Below the pieces are notes generated by a model. It saw only the letters and a program-made list of their open reading frames with translations. It did not search any database and was not told the origin of the DNA. Of a DNA stretch of 64,000 nt, positions 9,368 through 18,899 are shown in pieces (the stretch's first letter is position 1; each line of letters starts with the position of its first letter). The stretch comes from Candidatus Latescibacterota bacterium. Lineage in GTDB: Bacteria; Latescibacterota; UBA2968; UBA8231. The translations under genes and the position numbers were made by a program. Location of the stretch: the NCBI GenBank assembly GCA_965206595.1, contig OZ242214.1:5504001-5568000 (forward strand). The letters run 5' to 3'.

Positions 9368-10462
9368 TCAGGCCAGCCGTATCCGCCAGTACCAGCCATC
9401 GACTTGGCAGAACAGGACCTTCGGCTCGACCTCGATGATCGTGGAGTAGCAGGAGCCCATCCCGGCGCCGATCTGCGCCACCCGCCAGGACTCCCCGGTG
9501 CCGTCATCGTCGATCGCCAGGAGCATGAGGCCGTGTCCGGGGTATTTGAAGCGGTCGCCGTCGCCTCGCGCGTGCGACCAGCCCTCCGGGTATCGCCTTC
9601 CGTAGCTGACCGCCAGGCGGCCGTCGCGCAGCTTGAGAAGACAGGGATCGCAGCCGCGCTCGAGGCCCGTGTACAGCGGCACCGTCCAGCTCTCGCCGCC
9701 GTCCTCGCTCCAGCAGGCGTACATCGGCGTGTAGTGGCCTGACCGCATAAGGCAGAACAAGCGGCCATCATCCAGTTGAATCATGGTGGGCTCACCGAAG
9801 CCCTCGCCGATCGGATCGCCCTCCTCGGCTGCGGCTATGGTAGACAGGTAATCCCAGGTGCGCCCCTCGTCCACGGAGATGACGACGATCGATCGGCCCT
9901 GGTAGCGCGACTCGGTGCGGCTCCATTTGTCCGCTGGGGCCAACGTGTCATCCGCCATGGTCCCCTCGACCGTGCACAGCAGGGCGCCGTCCTCCCTGCG
10001 CAGTATGGTCCGGTGGATGTGGAGGCCATACCACTCACCGGGAAAATCCTCTTTCGGGCGGGGACCATTCTCTATGTTGAAGATGACCACCTCCTCGTCA
10101 CCTGCGCTGGCGGGGGTTGCGCCACGCCATGCCCGCACACTGTAGCGCCCCGGTTCCTCGAAAGTCACGAAGGACTCGAGGCCCAGAAACAGCCCGGGCT
10201 CGCAGAAAACGGCTCCTTCCGGCACGGCGAGAACCTCATTGAAGATCCATCTGTCGCGCTTGACGACGGTCCGGCCGCCGTCGGTCGAAACGGTCCCGTT
10301 GTGTAGGTAGATCGTCCCTTCCGTGTCTGCGAAGCAGGTCACCCAGCGATTGAGGCGCTGTCTGTCCTCCATCGATACGTGATCATAGTGCAGTTCACCC
10401 TGGGGATCGTACTGACGGACTTCACCGATCCCGGCGACGATGGAGTTGTCTGTCTGGATCAT
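9368..10462 (-). CDS. Sialidase-family/BNR-repeat beta-propeller protein
   Basis: Asp-boxes SVDEGRTW, SEDGGESW, DDDGTGESW; start placed at MIQTD (10462) after RBS GGAGAGG. Confidence 0.8.
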   Translation of the reverse strand: MIQTDNSIVAGIGEVRQYDPQGELHYDHVSMEDRQRLNRWVTCFADTEGTIYLHNGTVSTDGGRTVVKRDRWIFNEVLAVPEGAVFCEPGLFLGLESFVTFEEPGRYSVRAWRGATPASAGDEEVVIFNIENGPRPKEDFPGEWYGLHIHRTILRREDGALLCTVEGTMADDTLAPADKWSRTESRYQGRSIVVISVDEGRTWDYLSTIAAAEEGDPIGEGFGEPTMIQLDDGRLFCLMRSGHYTPMYACWSEDGGESWTVPLYTGLERGCDPCLLKLRDGRLAVSYGRRYPEGWSHARGDGDRFKYPGHGLMLLAIDDDGTGESWRVAQIGAGMGSCYSTIIEVEPKVLFCQVDGWYWRIRLA

Positions 10463-10467
10463 CGATT

Positions 10468-10693
10468 GCCTCTCCCGGTTGGGATCGAGCTGTGCGCGGA
10501 AATTGAGGTATTCTCGCGGAACGGTGGTTGCCGTTCCCCCACATTCACGGTCAAAGGCCGCCGCTGCCATTGCGGCCAACTCACCTTTCTGCGTTCGAAA
10601 TCATCCAGGGCGCTGAAGGGCAAATTTTACAGATGCACGGCGTACGGGGCGAAGGAGTCTTCGATGACTCCGTCCGTGACGTCGGCGAGCCGG
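10468..10693 (-). pseudogene. Repeat copy 2: 3' remnant of a paralogue of the 3233-4492 gene
   Basis: Encodes RLADVTDGVIEDSFAPYAVHL*NLPFSALDDFERRKVSWPQWQRRP; a Tyr codon became TAA at 10627-10629. Confidence 0.8.
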
Positions 10694-10785
10694 ATCTCGC
10701 AGAAACTCGAACGTACACAAAAAGCTTGTGCTCCCCGCCGCAAGCAATTGCCTTTTAGGGAGGAAATCGGTCACATTGCGCCAAC

Positions 10786-12351
10786 ATGAGTAGGACGACC
10801 ATGAAGCACAGCAGCCCGACGGTAAACGGACCAGCCGAACCCGGTGTTGAAGGGGGGGACTCGATCGCCCCGCGCGGCGCCCGGCGTATCCACTTCGTCA
10901 GCGACCCGTCCAGCATCGCCGCGAACGTTCTCCCGGACCCGGTGGAGGCGGATGATCTTCGCCGCTGGGTGGATATGCTCGCCGACAGCGGCGTCGACAG
11001 TTTCCAGCAGGACGTCTACAACAAGGGGTGCACGGCCTACTGGCGCTCGGAGGAGTTCCAGTACGACCCGCGCCGGCAGCACCGGCGCTTCCTGCCGATG
11101 CTGGAAGCGGGCATCCAGCCACTGCAGGTGCTCCTCGACCACAGTCACGGCCGCGGCATGACCTTGGTGGCCGGGTTTCGCATGAACGACACCCACGGGG
11201 GGGATCACTTTGCCGAGCGTGCCGACTTCGTCGAATCCCATCCGCAATGGCAACTGAAGGACGATCGCCAAGGTGTGGGCTACCACCAGGGATTTCCTCT
11301 CGATTTTTCCTTCGACGAGGTGCGCGACTTTGTCTTCAGGGTGATGCGGGAAGTCGTAGGCCGCTTCGATGTGGACGGTATCGAGATGACCTTTCGGGAT
11401 CCTTTGTATTTTCCGTTTTCCGAAGGTCGCCAACGCGCCTGCCTGATGACGGCTCTTGTGAGTCGCCTGCGCGACATGCTGGACGCGCAAGGCGAGATCC
11501 GGAACCGGCGGATTCAGCTGGGGGCCAGGGTGTTCTCCACCCTCGAAGAATGCCTGGACATGGGTCTCGATGTGCCGACCTGGATCGCCGAAGGCCTGCT
11601 GGATTACGTCAGCCCGATGGACACGATGTTCTGCGACTTCAATTCCCCGTACGAAGAATTCGGCGCCCTGACCCGGAACAGCAGCTGTATGTTGTATCCG
11701 ACGCTGAACCAGTGGACGAGCCACCGCATGCGGATGAGTGGAGGAGGCATGACCCCGTCCAACTGCAGGGCTCTGGCCCACACCTTCTACGGGGCAGGCG
11801 CCGACGGCTTGACGATCTACGCGCCCGTCGCCGGGTTCATGAGGTCGCCCCCTTTCTTCCCGCAGACGCTGCAGGTGCTTCACGAACTGCGGGACCCGGA
11901 CAGAATCGCCCGCGGTGACAGGCACTACATCTTCGATCCTACCTGGGAGGGGTTGAAGGATTTCGGCCAGGACCGCTGCACGACAGGAGTGGTAAAGGCG
12001 CCGCGGGTCGTCCTCGAGCGCAGCGCCCCGAAATCGTCCGGGGAGTATCCGTTCCGGCTGTACGAGCGCGTGAGCTGCCTGCAACAGGCGACACTGCTGC
12101 TGCGGGGAAACCCGACCGGGCGAGACGAACTGGAGGTGTCCCTCAATGGAGCGCCTCTGGCCCCCGGGCCCCTGGGCCGTCCGAACCCCAGGTTTCTCGA
12201 AATGGTCCCCGACGTCCGCTGGTTCCCCGTGCCGACCGCCGCGCTGGTTTACGGGGAGAATCGGCTCGCCATTTCACTTGCCAAAGCCGACCCTCAAACC
12301 AGAGGAGATCTCGTCATTGACGAACTGGAAATCTGGGTGCAGCCCAAATAG
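10786..12351 (+). CDS. GHL10-like (glycosyl hydrolase-like 10) TIM-barrel protein
   Basis: GFRMNDTH, LDFSFDEVRD, EVVGRFDVDGIEMTF, GLDVPTWIAEGLLDYV, GADG motifs. Confidence 0.75.
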   Translation: MSRTTMKHSSPTVNGPAEPGVEGGDSIAPRGARRIHFVSDPSSIAANVLPDPVEADDLRRWVDMLADSGVDSFQQDVYNKGCTAYWRSEEFQYDPRRQHRRFLPMLEAGIQPLQVLLDHSHGRGMTLVAGFRMNDTHGGDHFAERADFVESHPQWQLKDDRQGVGYHQGFPLDFSFDEVRDFVFRVMREVVGRFDVDGIEMTFRDPLYFPFSEGRQRACLMTALVSRLRDMLDAQGEIRNRRIQLGARVFSTLEECLDMGLDVPTWIAEGLLDYVSPMDTMFCDFNSPYEEFGALTRNSSCMLYPTLNQWTSHRMRMSGGGMTPSNCRALAHTFYGAGADGLTIYAPVAGFMRSPPFFPQTLQVLHELRDPDRIARGDRHYIFDPTWEGLKDFGQDRCTTGVVKAPRVVLERSAPKSSGEYPFRLYERVSCLQQATLLLRGNPTGRDELEVSLNGAPLAPGPLGRPNPRFLEMVPDVRWFPVPTAALVYGENRLAISLAKADPQTRGDLVIDELEIWVQPK

Positions 12352-12426
12352 CCTCGTTCGGCGTCAATTCCGTCTCGCCCCTGGCATCCTCCGAACCCCC
12401 CGCAAATCGGTTCGAGGAGCTCACCC

Positions 12427-13851
12427 ATGAAGGTTCTCAGCACCCGCCGTATCACCAACGACCGCCGGCACAACGCCTTTACCGGGGCCTGCTGGTTCAA
12501 GGGAGATCTCTACGTGGGCTATCGCCAGGGCGATATCCACTGGCAGGACGATTCCGGCCGAATCGTCGTGCTGCGCAGCCGCGATGCCGGAATCACCTGG
12601 GACACCGTGGCGGTGTTGCGCGGCGACGACGACACGCGCGACGCCCACCTCTACACGGACGGAAGCAGGTTGTACTGCACCTGTCAGGTGGTGCCCAACG
12701 ACAGGCACCCGGTCCTGTCGGGACATGGAGTCACCGAAGACGGTGATCGCTGGACGCCGTTCGAGCCGTTTGAAGGGACCCGGAACTTCGTGATGTGGCG
12801 GCCGCTATGGCATCGGGGCAAACACTACTGTGCCGGGTACCATCACACGCCTCCCTACGGGGCCCACTGGTTCGAGAGCGAGGACGGCCGCAACTGGGTC
12901 GACGTGCGGACCATCAACGATTCGCAGGAGGATCAAGCGGACGAATGCTACCTGGAAATCCTCCCCGACGGCACGGCCACCATGCTCATGCGGTGCGAGG
13001 GGGGACTGCAGAAACCCAAGCTGTGCCGCAGCCGCTACCCGTTCGAGAAATGGGACATGCAGCAACTGGACGTGCGCCTGACCGGACCGGCATGCTGGAC
13101 CGTCGACGGCCACATCTACATCTCCGGCCGCTGGGACCCGATCGACATCCGCATACACGCAGAAGAGGACCACGCCGCCCACACGGGCGTCTTCAGGGTC
13201 ATCGACGGCGAATGCTTTCTGATATGCGTGCTGCCTTCCGGACCGCACCCCGACAATTCGTACATGGGGGTAGCCCGCTGGCCGCACAACAGGCACCGCT
13301 TCTCCCTCAGCTTTTACAGCAACGCCGTCGCCAACGAGGACCCGGCCCTCGATCAGTGGATAAAACCTGACATCTACGTGGCCGACGTGCTCTTCGGCGC
13401 CGACTTCATCGATGAGATGCTGGTCAGCGATTTCGTGGAGACCGGCCGCGGCCTCGAGGCGGCAGCGCTGCCCGTCCCCGAGGCGGGCGTCCTGAAGTTC
13501 CGCCCGGTGCGCATACCGGAGGAGGGCACTCCCTACACTCCGGGCCAGAATTTTCTCGATGCCTCGAAGGTCATCGGCGGCCGCGGCGGACTCGTCTACT
13601 TCGTCAAGGACATCGAAGTCGGTCCGTGGAACCACGTCGACGTCCACCTCGGCTACGACGGTCCGGTGAGGGTGTGGTGGAACGGAGAGGAGGTTTTCGA
13701 GGGCCCAGGCAGCAGTCCTGCGGTACAGGACGCGACGTCGCTGCGCCTGGAATCCAGGCACGGCACGAATCGCCTGGCCGTCGCCCTCGATACGAGGGGG
13801 GGACGAGCCTGCGGTATCTACGCGAGGTGGGAACGGACCTGGGAGTCGTAA
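12427..13851 (+). CDS. BNR/sialidase-like beta-propeller protein with C-terminal beta-sandwich
   Basis: HNAFTG, SRDAGITW, DTRDAHL, TEDGDRW, SEDGRNW, DNSY motifs. Confidence 0.75.
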   Translation: MKVLSTRRITNDRRHNAFTGACWFKGDLYVGYRQGDIHWQDDSGRIVVLRSRDAGITWDTVAVLRGDDDTRDAHLYTDGSRLYCTCQVVPNDRHPVLSGHGVTEDGDRWTPFEPFEGTRNFVMWRPLWHRGKHYCAGYHHTPPYGAHWFESEDGRNWVDVRTINDSQEDQADECYLEILPDGTATMLMRCEGGLQKPKLCRSRYPFEKWDMQQLDVRLTGPACWTVDGHIYISGRWDPIDIRIHAEEDHAAHTGVFRVIDGECFLICVLPSGPHPDNSYMGVARWPHNRHRFSLSFYSNAVANEDPALDQWIKPDIYVADVLFGADFIDEMLVSDFVETGRGLEAAALPVPEAGVLKFRPVRIPEEGTPYTPGQNFLDASKVIGGRGGLVYFVKDIEVGPWNHVDVHLGYDGPVRVWWNGEEVFEGPGSSPAVQDATSLRLESRHGTNRLAVALDTRGGRACGIYARWERTWES

Positions 13852-14010
13852 GGCCGGGGAGTCTTCAGCTCCCCGGTCGACGGCGGCACTGGCCCTGCAT
13901 CGTGAGCTTGACCCTCGACAGCCGAAGCAATAAGGTGCTGTCCACATGGCCACTTGTTGCCGGAAACAGACAGAAGTTCTCTCCCATCCGATAACCCTTC
14001 GGTTATCCCC

Positions 14011-15633
14011 ATGAACGGTGCCGACCTCCTGGCGCAGACGCTGGCGAGCCTGCGCGTCGAGTGGATCTCCACCCTGTGCGGCCACGGCCTCAACGAGGTG
14101 TACGCCTCCTGCGGCCGCGCCGGCATCCGCCTGATCGACACCCGCAACGAGCAGACCGCGGCCTACATGGCGGAGAGCTGGGGCCGCATGAGCAGGGAGG
14201 TGGGGGTGTGCGCGGTCAGCAGCGGCGTCGCCCATGCCAACGCCCTGACGGGGGTCGTCAACGCCCACTTCGACGGCGCCCCGATGTTGCTTCTCACCGG
14301 CGCCGGGCCTTTGGGCAGCGCGGGGATGGGGCATTTCCAGGACTTCGAGCAGGTGGCCCTGGCCGCCCCGGTCTGCAAGTACGCTCGCGTTCTCGACATA
14401 CCCGAACGCATCCCCGAGCTGGTGCGCGAGGCCTTCGAGATCGCCCGCAGCGGACGCCCCGGACCGGTGCACCTCACCTTCCCGATGGACGTCCAGGAGG
14501 CCGAGGTCGAGGCCGCGCCACCGGCGCAGCCGAGCCGCTTCGAGTACCGGCCGCAGGCCTGCGAGGCCGGCGTGGCCAGGGCGGTGAAGATGCTGGCCGC
14601 GGCCGAGCGCCCTCTCCTGGTAGCCGGCAGCGGAGCCTGGTACTCCGGCGCCGGGGAGGTCCTCGCCGACTTCTGCACCACCTTCGCCATTCCGTTCGTC
14701 GTGCCGATCTGGGACCGCGGCTGCGTCGTCGGCAGGCGGGCGGAGTTCCTCGGGGTGATCGGCGCCGCCAGCGGCGGACCGGACCTTCTCGGGGAAGCGG
14801 ACCTCCTGCTGCTGGTAGGGGCGGCCGCCGACTACCGGGTCGGCTTCCTGCAGCCCCCGGCGATATTCAGGGATACGACCGTCATCCGCATCGACATCGA
14901 CCCCGGGCGGCTGCACCATCTGCAGTCGAACGGGCTGACGATCCTCGCCGATCCCGCCGCGACCCTGGAACAGCTCGACCAAGTCTGCACGGAGCGACAG
15001 ATCCGGAGATTCGAGGGCTGGCTCGCCGAGACCCGATCCCGCGTCGATGCCCACCGCAGCGAGATAACCAGGACCGTGGACCGGTCCGGCAGACTGCACT
15101 CCCTCGATGTCGTCGAAGCCCTCGCCGCCGCCGCGGGTGAGGAGGCGGTCCTCGTCGTCGACGGCGGCAACATCGGGCAGTGGTTTCACCAGAGCGCCGG
15201 ACGGGAGCGCTACTCCGGGCTGACGGTGACCTGCGGCGCCAGCGGCGTCGTCGGCTACGGCATCGGGGCGGCCATGGCGGCGCGCGCCGGCTTCCCGCAG
15301 CGTCCGGTGGCGCTGCTGTCCGGGGACGGCGCCGCCACCTTCAACCTGACCGACCTCGAGTGCGCCGCCCGCCAGAAGCTCCCCTTCCTGATGGTGGTAG
15401 CCGACGACGAGAGCTGGGGGATCACCGAGGCCGGCCACTTGCAGGCCTACGGGGAAGCGATGAGCAGTCACCTCGGGCCGGTCGACTTCGCCGCCGCGGC
15501 GCGCGCCTTCGGCGCCCTCGGCACCCGCGTCGAGGACCGCGAGGAGCTGCCGAAGGCCTTGGCTGACGGTCTCGCCGCCGAGGTACCGGCGCTCGTCCAC
15601 GTTCCGGTCGCCGGCGGCATCCCCGGCGGTTGA
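14011..15633 (+). CDS. Thiamine diphosphate-dependent enzyme (acetolactate synthase/lyase-like)
   Basis: TRNEQTAAYMA (catalytic Glu), GRPGPVHL, GDG motif; start at MNGAD. Confidence 0.9.
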   Translation: MNGADLLAQTLASLRVEWISTLCGHGLNEVYASCGRAGIRLIDTRNEQTAAYMAESWGRMSREVGVCAVSSGVAHANALTGVVNAHFDGAPMLLLTGAGPLGSAGMGHFQDFEQVALAAPVCKYARVLDIPERIPELVREAFEIARSGRPGPVHLTFPMDVQEAEVEAAPPAQPSRFEYRPQACEAGVARAVKMLAAAERPLLVAGSGAWYSGAGEVLADFCTTFAIPFVVPIWDRGCVVGRRAEFLGVIGAASGGPDLLGEADLLLLVGAAADYRVGFLQPPAIFRDTTVIRIDIDPGRLHHLQSNGLTILADPAATLEQLDQVCTERQIRRFEGWLAETRSRVDAHRSEITRTVDRSGRLHSLDVVEALAAAAGEEAVLVVDGGNIGQWFHQSAGRERYSGLTVTCGASGVVGYGIGAAMAARAGFPQRPVALLSGDGAATFNLTDLECAARQKLPFLMVVADDESWGITEAGHLQAYGEAMSSHLGPVDFAAAARAFGALGTRVEDREELPKALADGLAAEVPALVHVPVAGGIPGG

Positions 15634-15651
15634 GGGAGGAAAGGCAGCCCC

Positions 15652-16833
15652 GTGAAGATCACCCGCATCGAGACCGCGGTCGTCGACGCCGGCTGGCGGC
15701 CCTGGCTGTTCGTCAAGGTCGAAACCGATACCGGCGTCACCGGCTACGGCGAGTGCAGCGACGGCAAGAACCCCCTGGGTGTGGCCGGGGCCATCGAAGA
15801 CCTGAAACCGCTTCTCCTGGGAGCAGACCCGCGAGCCTACGAGACGCGTTTCCAGGACATGATCCGGGGCTCGCGGCAGAGCCCGGGAGGCCTGGCCGCC
15901 AAGGCGATCGCCGGCATCGAGCTCGCCCTCGTCGACGTCAAGGCGCGCGCCCTCGGCATTGCCGTCACCGAGCTGTTCGGCGGTCCCACTCGTGACCGGG
16001 TGCGCCTCTACTGGTCGCATTGCGGCACTTCGCGGGCGCTGAACCACGAGCTGCTGGGGGCGCCTCCGCTGCGCTCGCTCGACGACATCGCCGCTCTCGG
16101 CAGGGAGGTGGTCGCGAAAGGGTATACCGCCCTCAAGACCAACATCGTATTTCCGGGGGAACCGGCGTCCCTCTACTTCCCCTGCTTCGGACAGGGGGAG
16201 ACCACCGACCAGACGGTGAGCCGCGAGCTGATCGACCACGTCGCCGCCCAGATAGGGGCCTTCAGGGAGGGGACCGGGGCCGCCGCCGAGATAGCCCTCG
16301 ACCTCAACTTCAACTTCAAGCCGGAAGCCAGCGTACGCCTCGCCCGCGCCCTCGAGCCCTTCGACCTGATGTGGCTGGAGATCGACCTCTACGACTGCGA
16401 GGCGATTCGCCATGTCCGCGAGAACACGAGCATCCCGGTCTGCACCGGAGAGAACCTCTACTACATGCGGGACTACCTTCCGTACTTCCGGGCAAAGGCC
16501 GCGGACGTGTACATGATCGACGTCCCCTGGAACGGCTTCTCGCAAGCGAAGAAGATCGGCGATCTCGCCGAAACCTTTCAGCACAACATCGCCCCGCACA
16601 ACTACTACAGTCACCTGGCGACCTTCATCGGCGCCAGCTTGTGCGCGGTGCTGCCGAACGTTCACATCATGGAGATCGACGTCGACGACGTGCCGTGGAA
16701 GGACGACCTGGTGACGAACCTGCCGGAGATCGAGGCGGGAGCGATGATGACGCCGGCCGGAATCGGGTGGGGCACCGAGCTCGACTGGGACGAGGTGCTG
16801 CGGCACCCTTGGACCGGCAAGTCCTTCTGGTAG
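15652..16833 (+). CDS. Mandelate racemase/muconate lactonizing enzyme family (acid-sugar dehydratase-like)
   Basis: VKVETDTGVTGYGE, KT, D-E-E metal ligands (LDLN, WLEID, TGENL), APHN; RBS GGAGG. Confidence 0.9.
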   Translation: MKITRIETAVVDAGWRPWLFVKVETDTGVTGYGECSDGKNPLGVAGAIEDLKPLLLGADPRAYETRFQDMIRGSRQSPGGLAAKAIAGIELALVDVKARALGIAVTELFGGPTRDRVRLYWSHCGTSRALNHELLGAPPLRSLDDIAALGREVVAKGYTALKTNIVFPGEPASLYFPCFGQGETTDQTVSRELIDHVAAQIGAFREGTGAAAEIALDLNFNFKPEASVRLARALEPFDLMWLEIDLYDCEAIRHVRENTSIPVCTGENLYYMRDYLPYFRAKAADVYMIDVPWNGFSQAKKIGDLAETFQHNIAPHNYYSHLATFIGASLCAVLPNVHIMEIDVDDVPWKDDLVTNLPEIEAGAMMTPAGIGWGTELDWDEVLRHPWTGKSFW

Positions 16834-16922
16834 ACCCGGCGCCGCGCAGGGGCTAAGGGCATGCTGGGAAAGCGGATTGAGTGGGAGGCCAGCCCCCGCC
16901 GGTCAGGCCGAACCGCGGAGGC

Positions 16923-17819
16923 TCAGTAGAGAAGCCGGTACAGCCGCTGGGGGTAGTCGTCGACGACCGGGTGGCGGCGGCCAAGAAGGTGAAAGATCGA
17001 CGCCATCGCCTCCTTGACGGCCCCCTGGCCGTAGTTGCCGTTTTTCTGGAGCACCTGAAACCACTCCTGTAAAGCAGTGGCGTAGTCCCCGTCCACCGCG
17101 GCGCAGCAGCCGAGCCGGTAGCGGGCTTCGAGGTCCGAGGCGTCGGCGAGCAGGCGCCCGGCGCAGGCCTGGCGTCCCCCGGCCTCCTCGCACAGGCGGT
17201 GGAAATCCAGCTGCTTGAGCAGGGCCTGGCCCTGGTCGTACTCGCTGGTTCCCTGCTCGATCCTTCCCACCAGCTCGCGCACTTCGTCGAAGCGGTCCTC
17301 CAGCAGGCGCACGCGGGCAAGCCCCACCCAGGCGGCGCCGTTGTCTTCGTCGCCTCGCAGGGCCTGTTCGAACAGGGATGCGGCCCCGGCCAGGTCGCCG
17401 GCGTCGATGCGCGCCCTGCCGGCCTCGACGAGGTCGCCGGCGACTTCTTCTTCGCTCGGCGGGGCTTCGGGAACGTGGCGTTTGAGCACTTCCTCGACCT
17501 GCTGGCGCGGCAGCGCCCCGGTGAACTCGTCCACGAGCTGGCCGTCCTTGACGATCTTGACCGCGGGGATTCCCTGGACGCGAAACGTCATCGCCAGATC
17601 CTGGTTGTCGTCGACGTTGACCTTGGCAAGCGCCACCCCGGGCCCGAGCGCGGTGACCACCTCCTCGAGCATCGGTCCCAGGGTCTTGCAGGGCCCGCAC
17701 CAGGGAGCCCAGAAGTCGACGACGACGACCCGCTCCTGCGAGCCTTGGAGGACGACCTCTTCGAAGTTGCCGGAATCTACATCGATAACCCGGGATGTCA
17801 TTTCCATTGCGCTCGCCAT
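16923..17819 (-). CDS. cnoX: Thioredoxin-TPR chaperedoxin (YbbN/CnoX)
   Basis: DFWAPWCGPCK thioredoxin domain plus TPR region ending YPQRLYRLLY. Confidence 0.9.
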   Translation of the reverse strand: MASAMEMTSRVIDVDSGNFEEVVLQGSQERVVVVDFWAPWCGPCKTLGPMLEEVVTALGPGVALAKVNVDDNQDLAMTFRVQGIPAVKIVKDGQLVDEFTGALPRQQVEEVLKRHVPEAPPSEEEVAGDLVEAGRARIDAGDLAGAASLFEQALRGDEDNGAAWVGLARVRLLEDRFDEVRELVGRIEQGTSEYDQGQALLKQLDFHRLCEEAGGRQACAGRLLADASDLEARYRLGCCAAVDGDYATALQEWFQVLQKNGNYGQGAVKEAMASIFHLLGRRHPVVDDYPQRLYRLLY

Positions 17820-17831
17820 CCTTCGTCTTGG

Positions 17832-18881
17832 TTACTGCGCCCTGCCGCGGCCGGCGACCTCCCAGACCTCCTCGACCTCGCCGTTGCGCACCGCGTAAAT
17901 ACGGTTGTGGAGGTTGGTGGTCATGCCGCCGTGCAGCGGGATGAACGACAGCATGTCGCCCACAGCAAATGTATGGGAGGACCCGGCGATGTCTACGTGG
18001 CCGTGCTCCACCGACATCCCCTTGAAGGCGATTTCCGGGTGCTCGATGCAGTAGCCGTACGGGGTCGGCGGGTAGCTGGTGAACACCTTCATCCCGGCAT
18101 CGACGATGATCTGGCCGCGAACCGAGGTGCTCACAACCGTCACCACCATGCGCAGGGGACAGCGCACCGGATCGAGGTCCTCCCGTTTTCCCACCCGCGT
18201 CATGCCCTCGTACGCGTACGAGCCGATGCGCGTCTCCGTGCAGCCGAGCGACTTCGATATCTCCTCGCTGCCGGTGCCGCCGCCGCTGACGATCTCCAGG
18301 GGCAGCCCCGCGGCCGAGGTCAGGGATCTCACCTCATCGAGGAACGGTCTCGCCCGCTCGCTGCTCGGATAGGTCATGACGCCGCAGAAACGCAGTCCGG
18401 GCAGCCGCTCGATGGTCCGGGAGAGGGCGAGGGTCTCCGCGGGGGACTGCACCCCGACGCGCCCGCCGCCGGTGTCCATTTCGATGACGACGCGGAAGCT
18501 GCAGCCGTGGCGCGCAGCCTGCGCCGACAGGCCTTCCACCGTGGCTGCCGAATCGGCCGCCACCGTTATGGTCGCTGTTCCCGACCGCACCAGGCGGGAC
18601 AGGCGCTCGAGCTTCGGCCTGCCGACGATGTTGTAGGGAATGAGGATGTCCTCGATGCCGGCGGCCGCCATCGCCTCGGCCTCCCCCAGCTTCTGGCTGA
18701 CGATGCCGATCGCCCCGGCAGCCACCTGCCGGTGGGCGATCGCCGGGGTCTTGTGGGTCTTGGTGTGTACGCGCAGGGCGATGCCGAGCCGGTCGCACGC
18801 CTGCTGCAGCTGGGCGATGTTGCGTTCGAGGCCGTCGAGGTCGACGGTCAGGACCGGGGTGTCGAGGTCGGAAACACGCAC
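17832..18881 (-). CDS. PLP-dependent alanine racemase-fold enzyme (D-threonine aldolase/DSD1 family)
   Basis: LDTPVL, RVHTKTHK, SGGGTG, DAGMK, SVEHG motifs. Confidence 0.88.
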   Translation of the reverse strand: MRVSDLDTPVLTVDLDGLERNIAQLQQACDRLGIALRVHTKTHKTPAIAHRQVAAGAIGIVSQKLGEAEAMAAAGIEDILIPYNIVGRPKLERLSRLVRSGTATITVAADSAATVEGLSAQAARHGCSFRVVIEMDTGGGRVGVQSPAETLALSRTIERLPGLRFCGVMTYPSSERARPFLDEVRSLTSAAGLPLEIVSGGGTGSEEISKSLGCTETRIGSYAYEGMTRVGKREDLDPVRCPLRMVVTVVSTSVRGQIIVDAGMKVFTSYPPTPYGYCIEHPEIAFKGMSVEHGHVDIAGSSHTFAVGDMLSFIPLHGGMTTNLHNRIYAVRNGEVEEVWEVAGRGRAQ

Positions 18882-18899
18882 GAAAAAAGCTCCTTCCGT

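Noticed and set aside
3155-10693. Repeat pair as a DGR template/variable region
   Set aside because: Mismatches involve all four bases rather than adenines only, and no reverse transcriptase is in the window.
12805-16806. 1333-aa antisense ORF spanning three genes
   Set aside because: The three sense genes start in the same frame (12427, 14011, 15652), and GC-rich codon usage rarely gives antisense stops; the product has no motifs.
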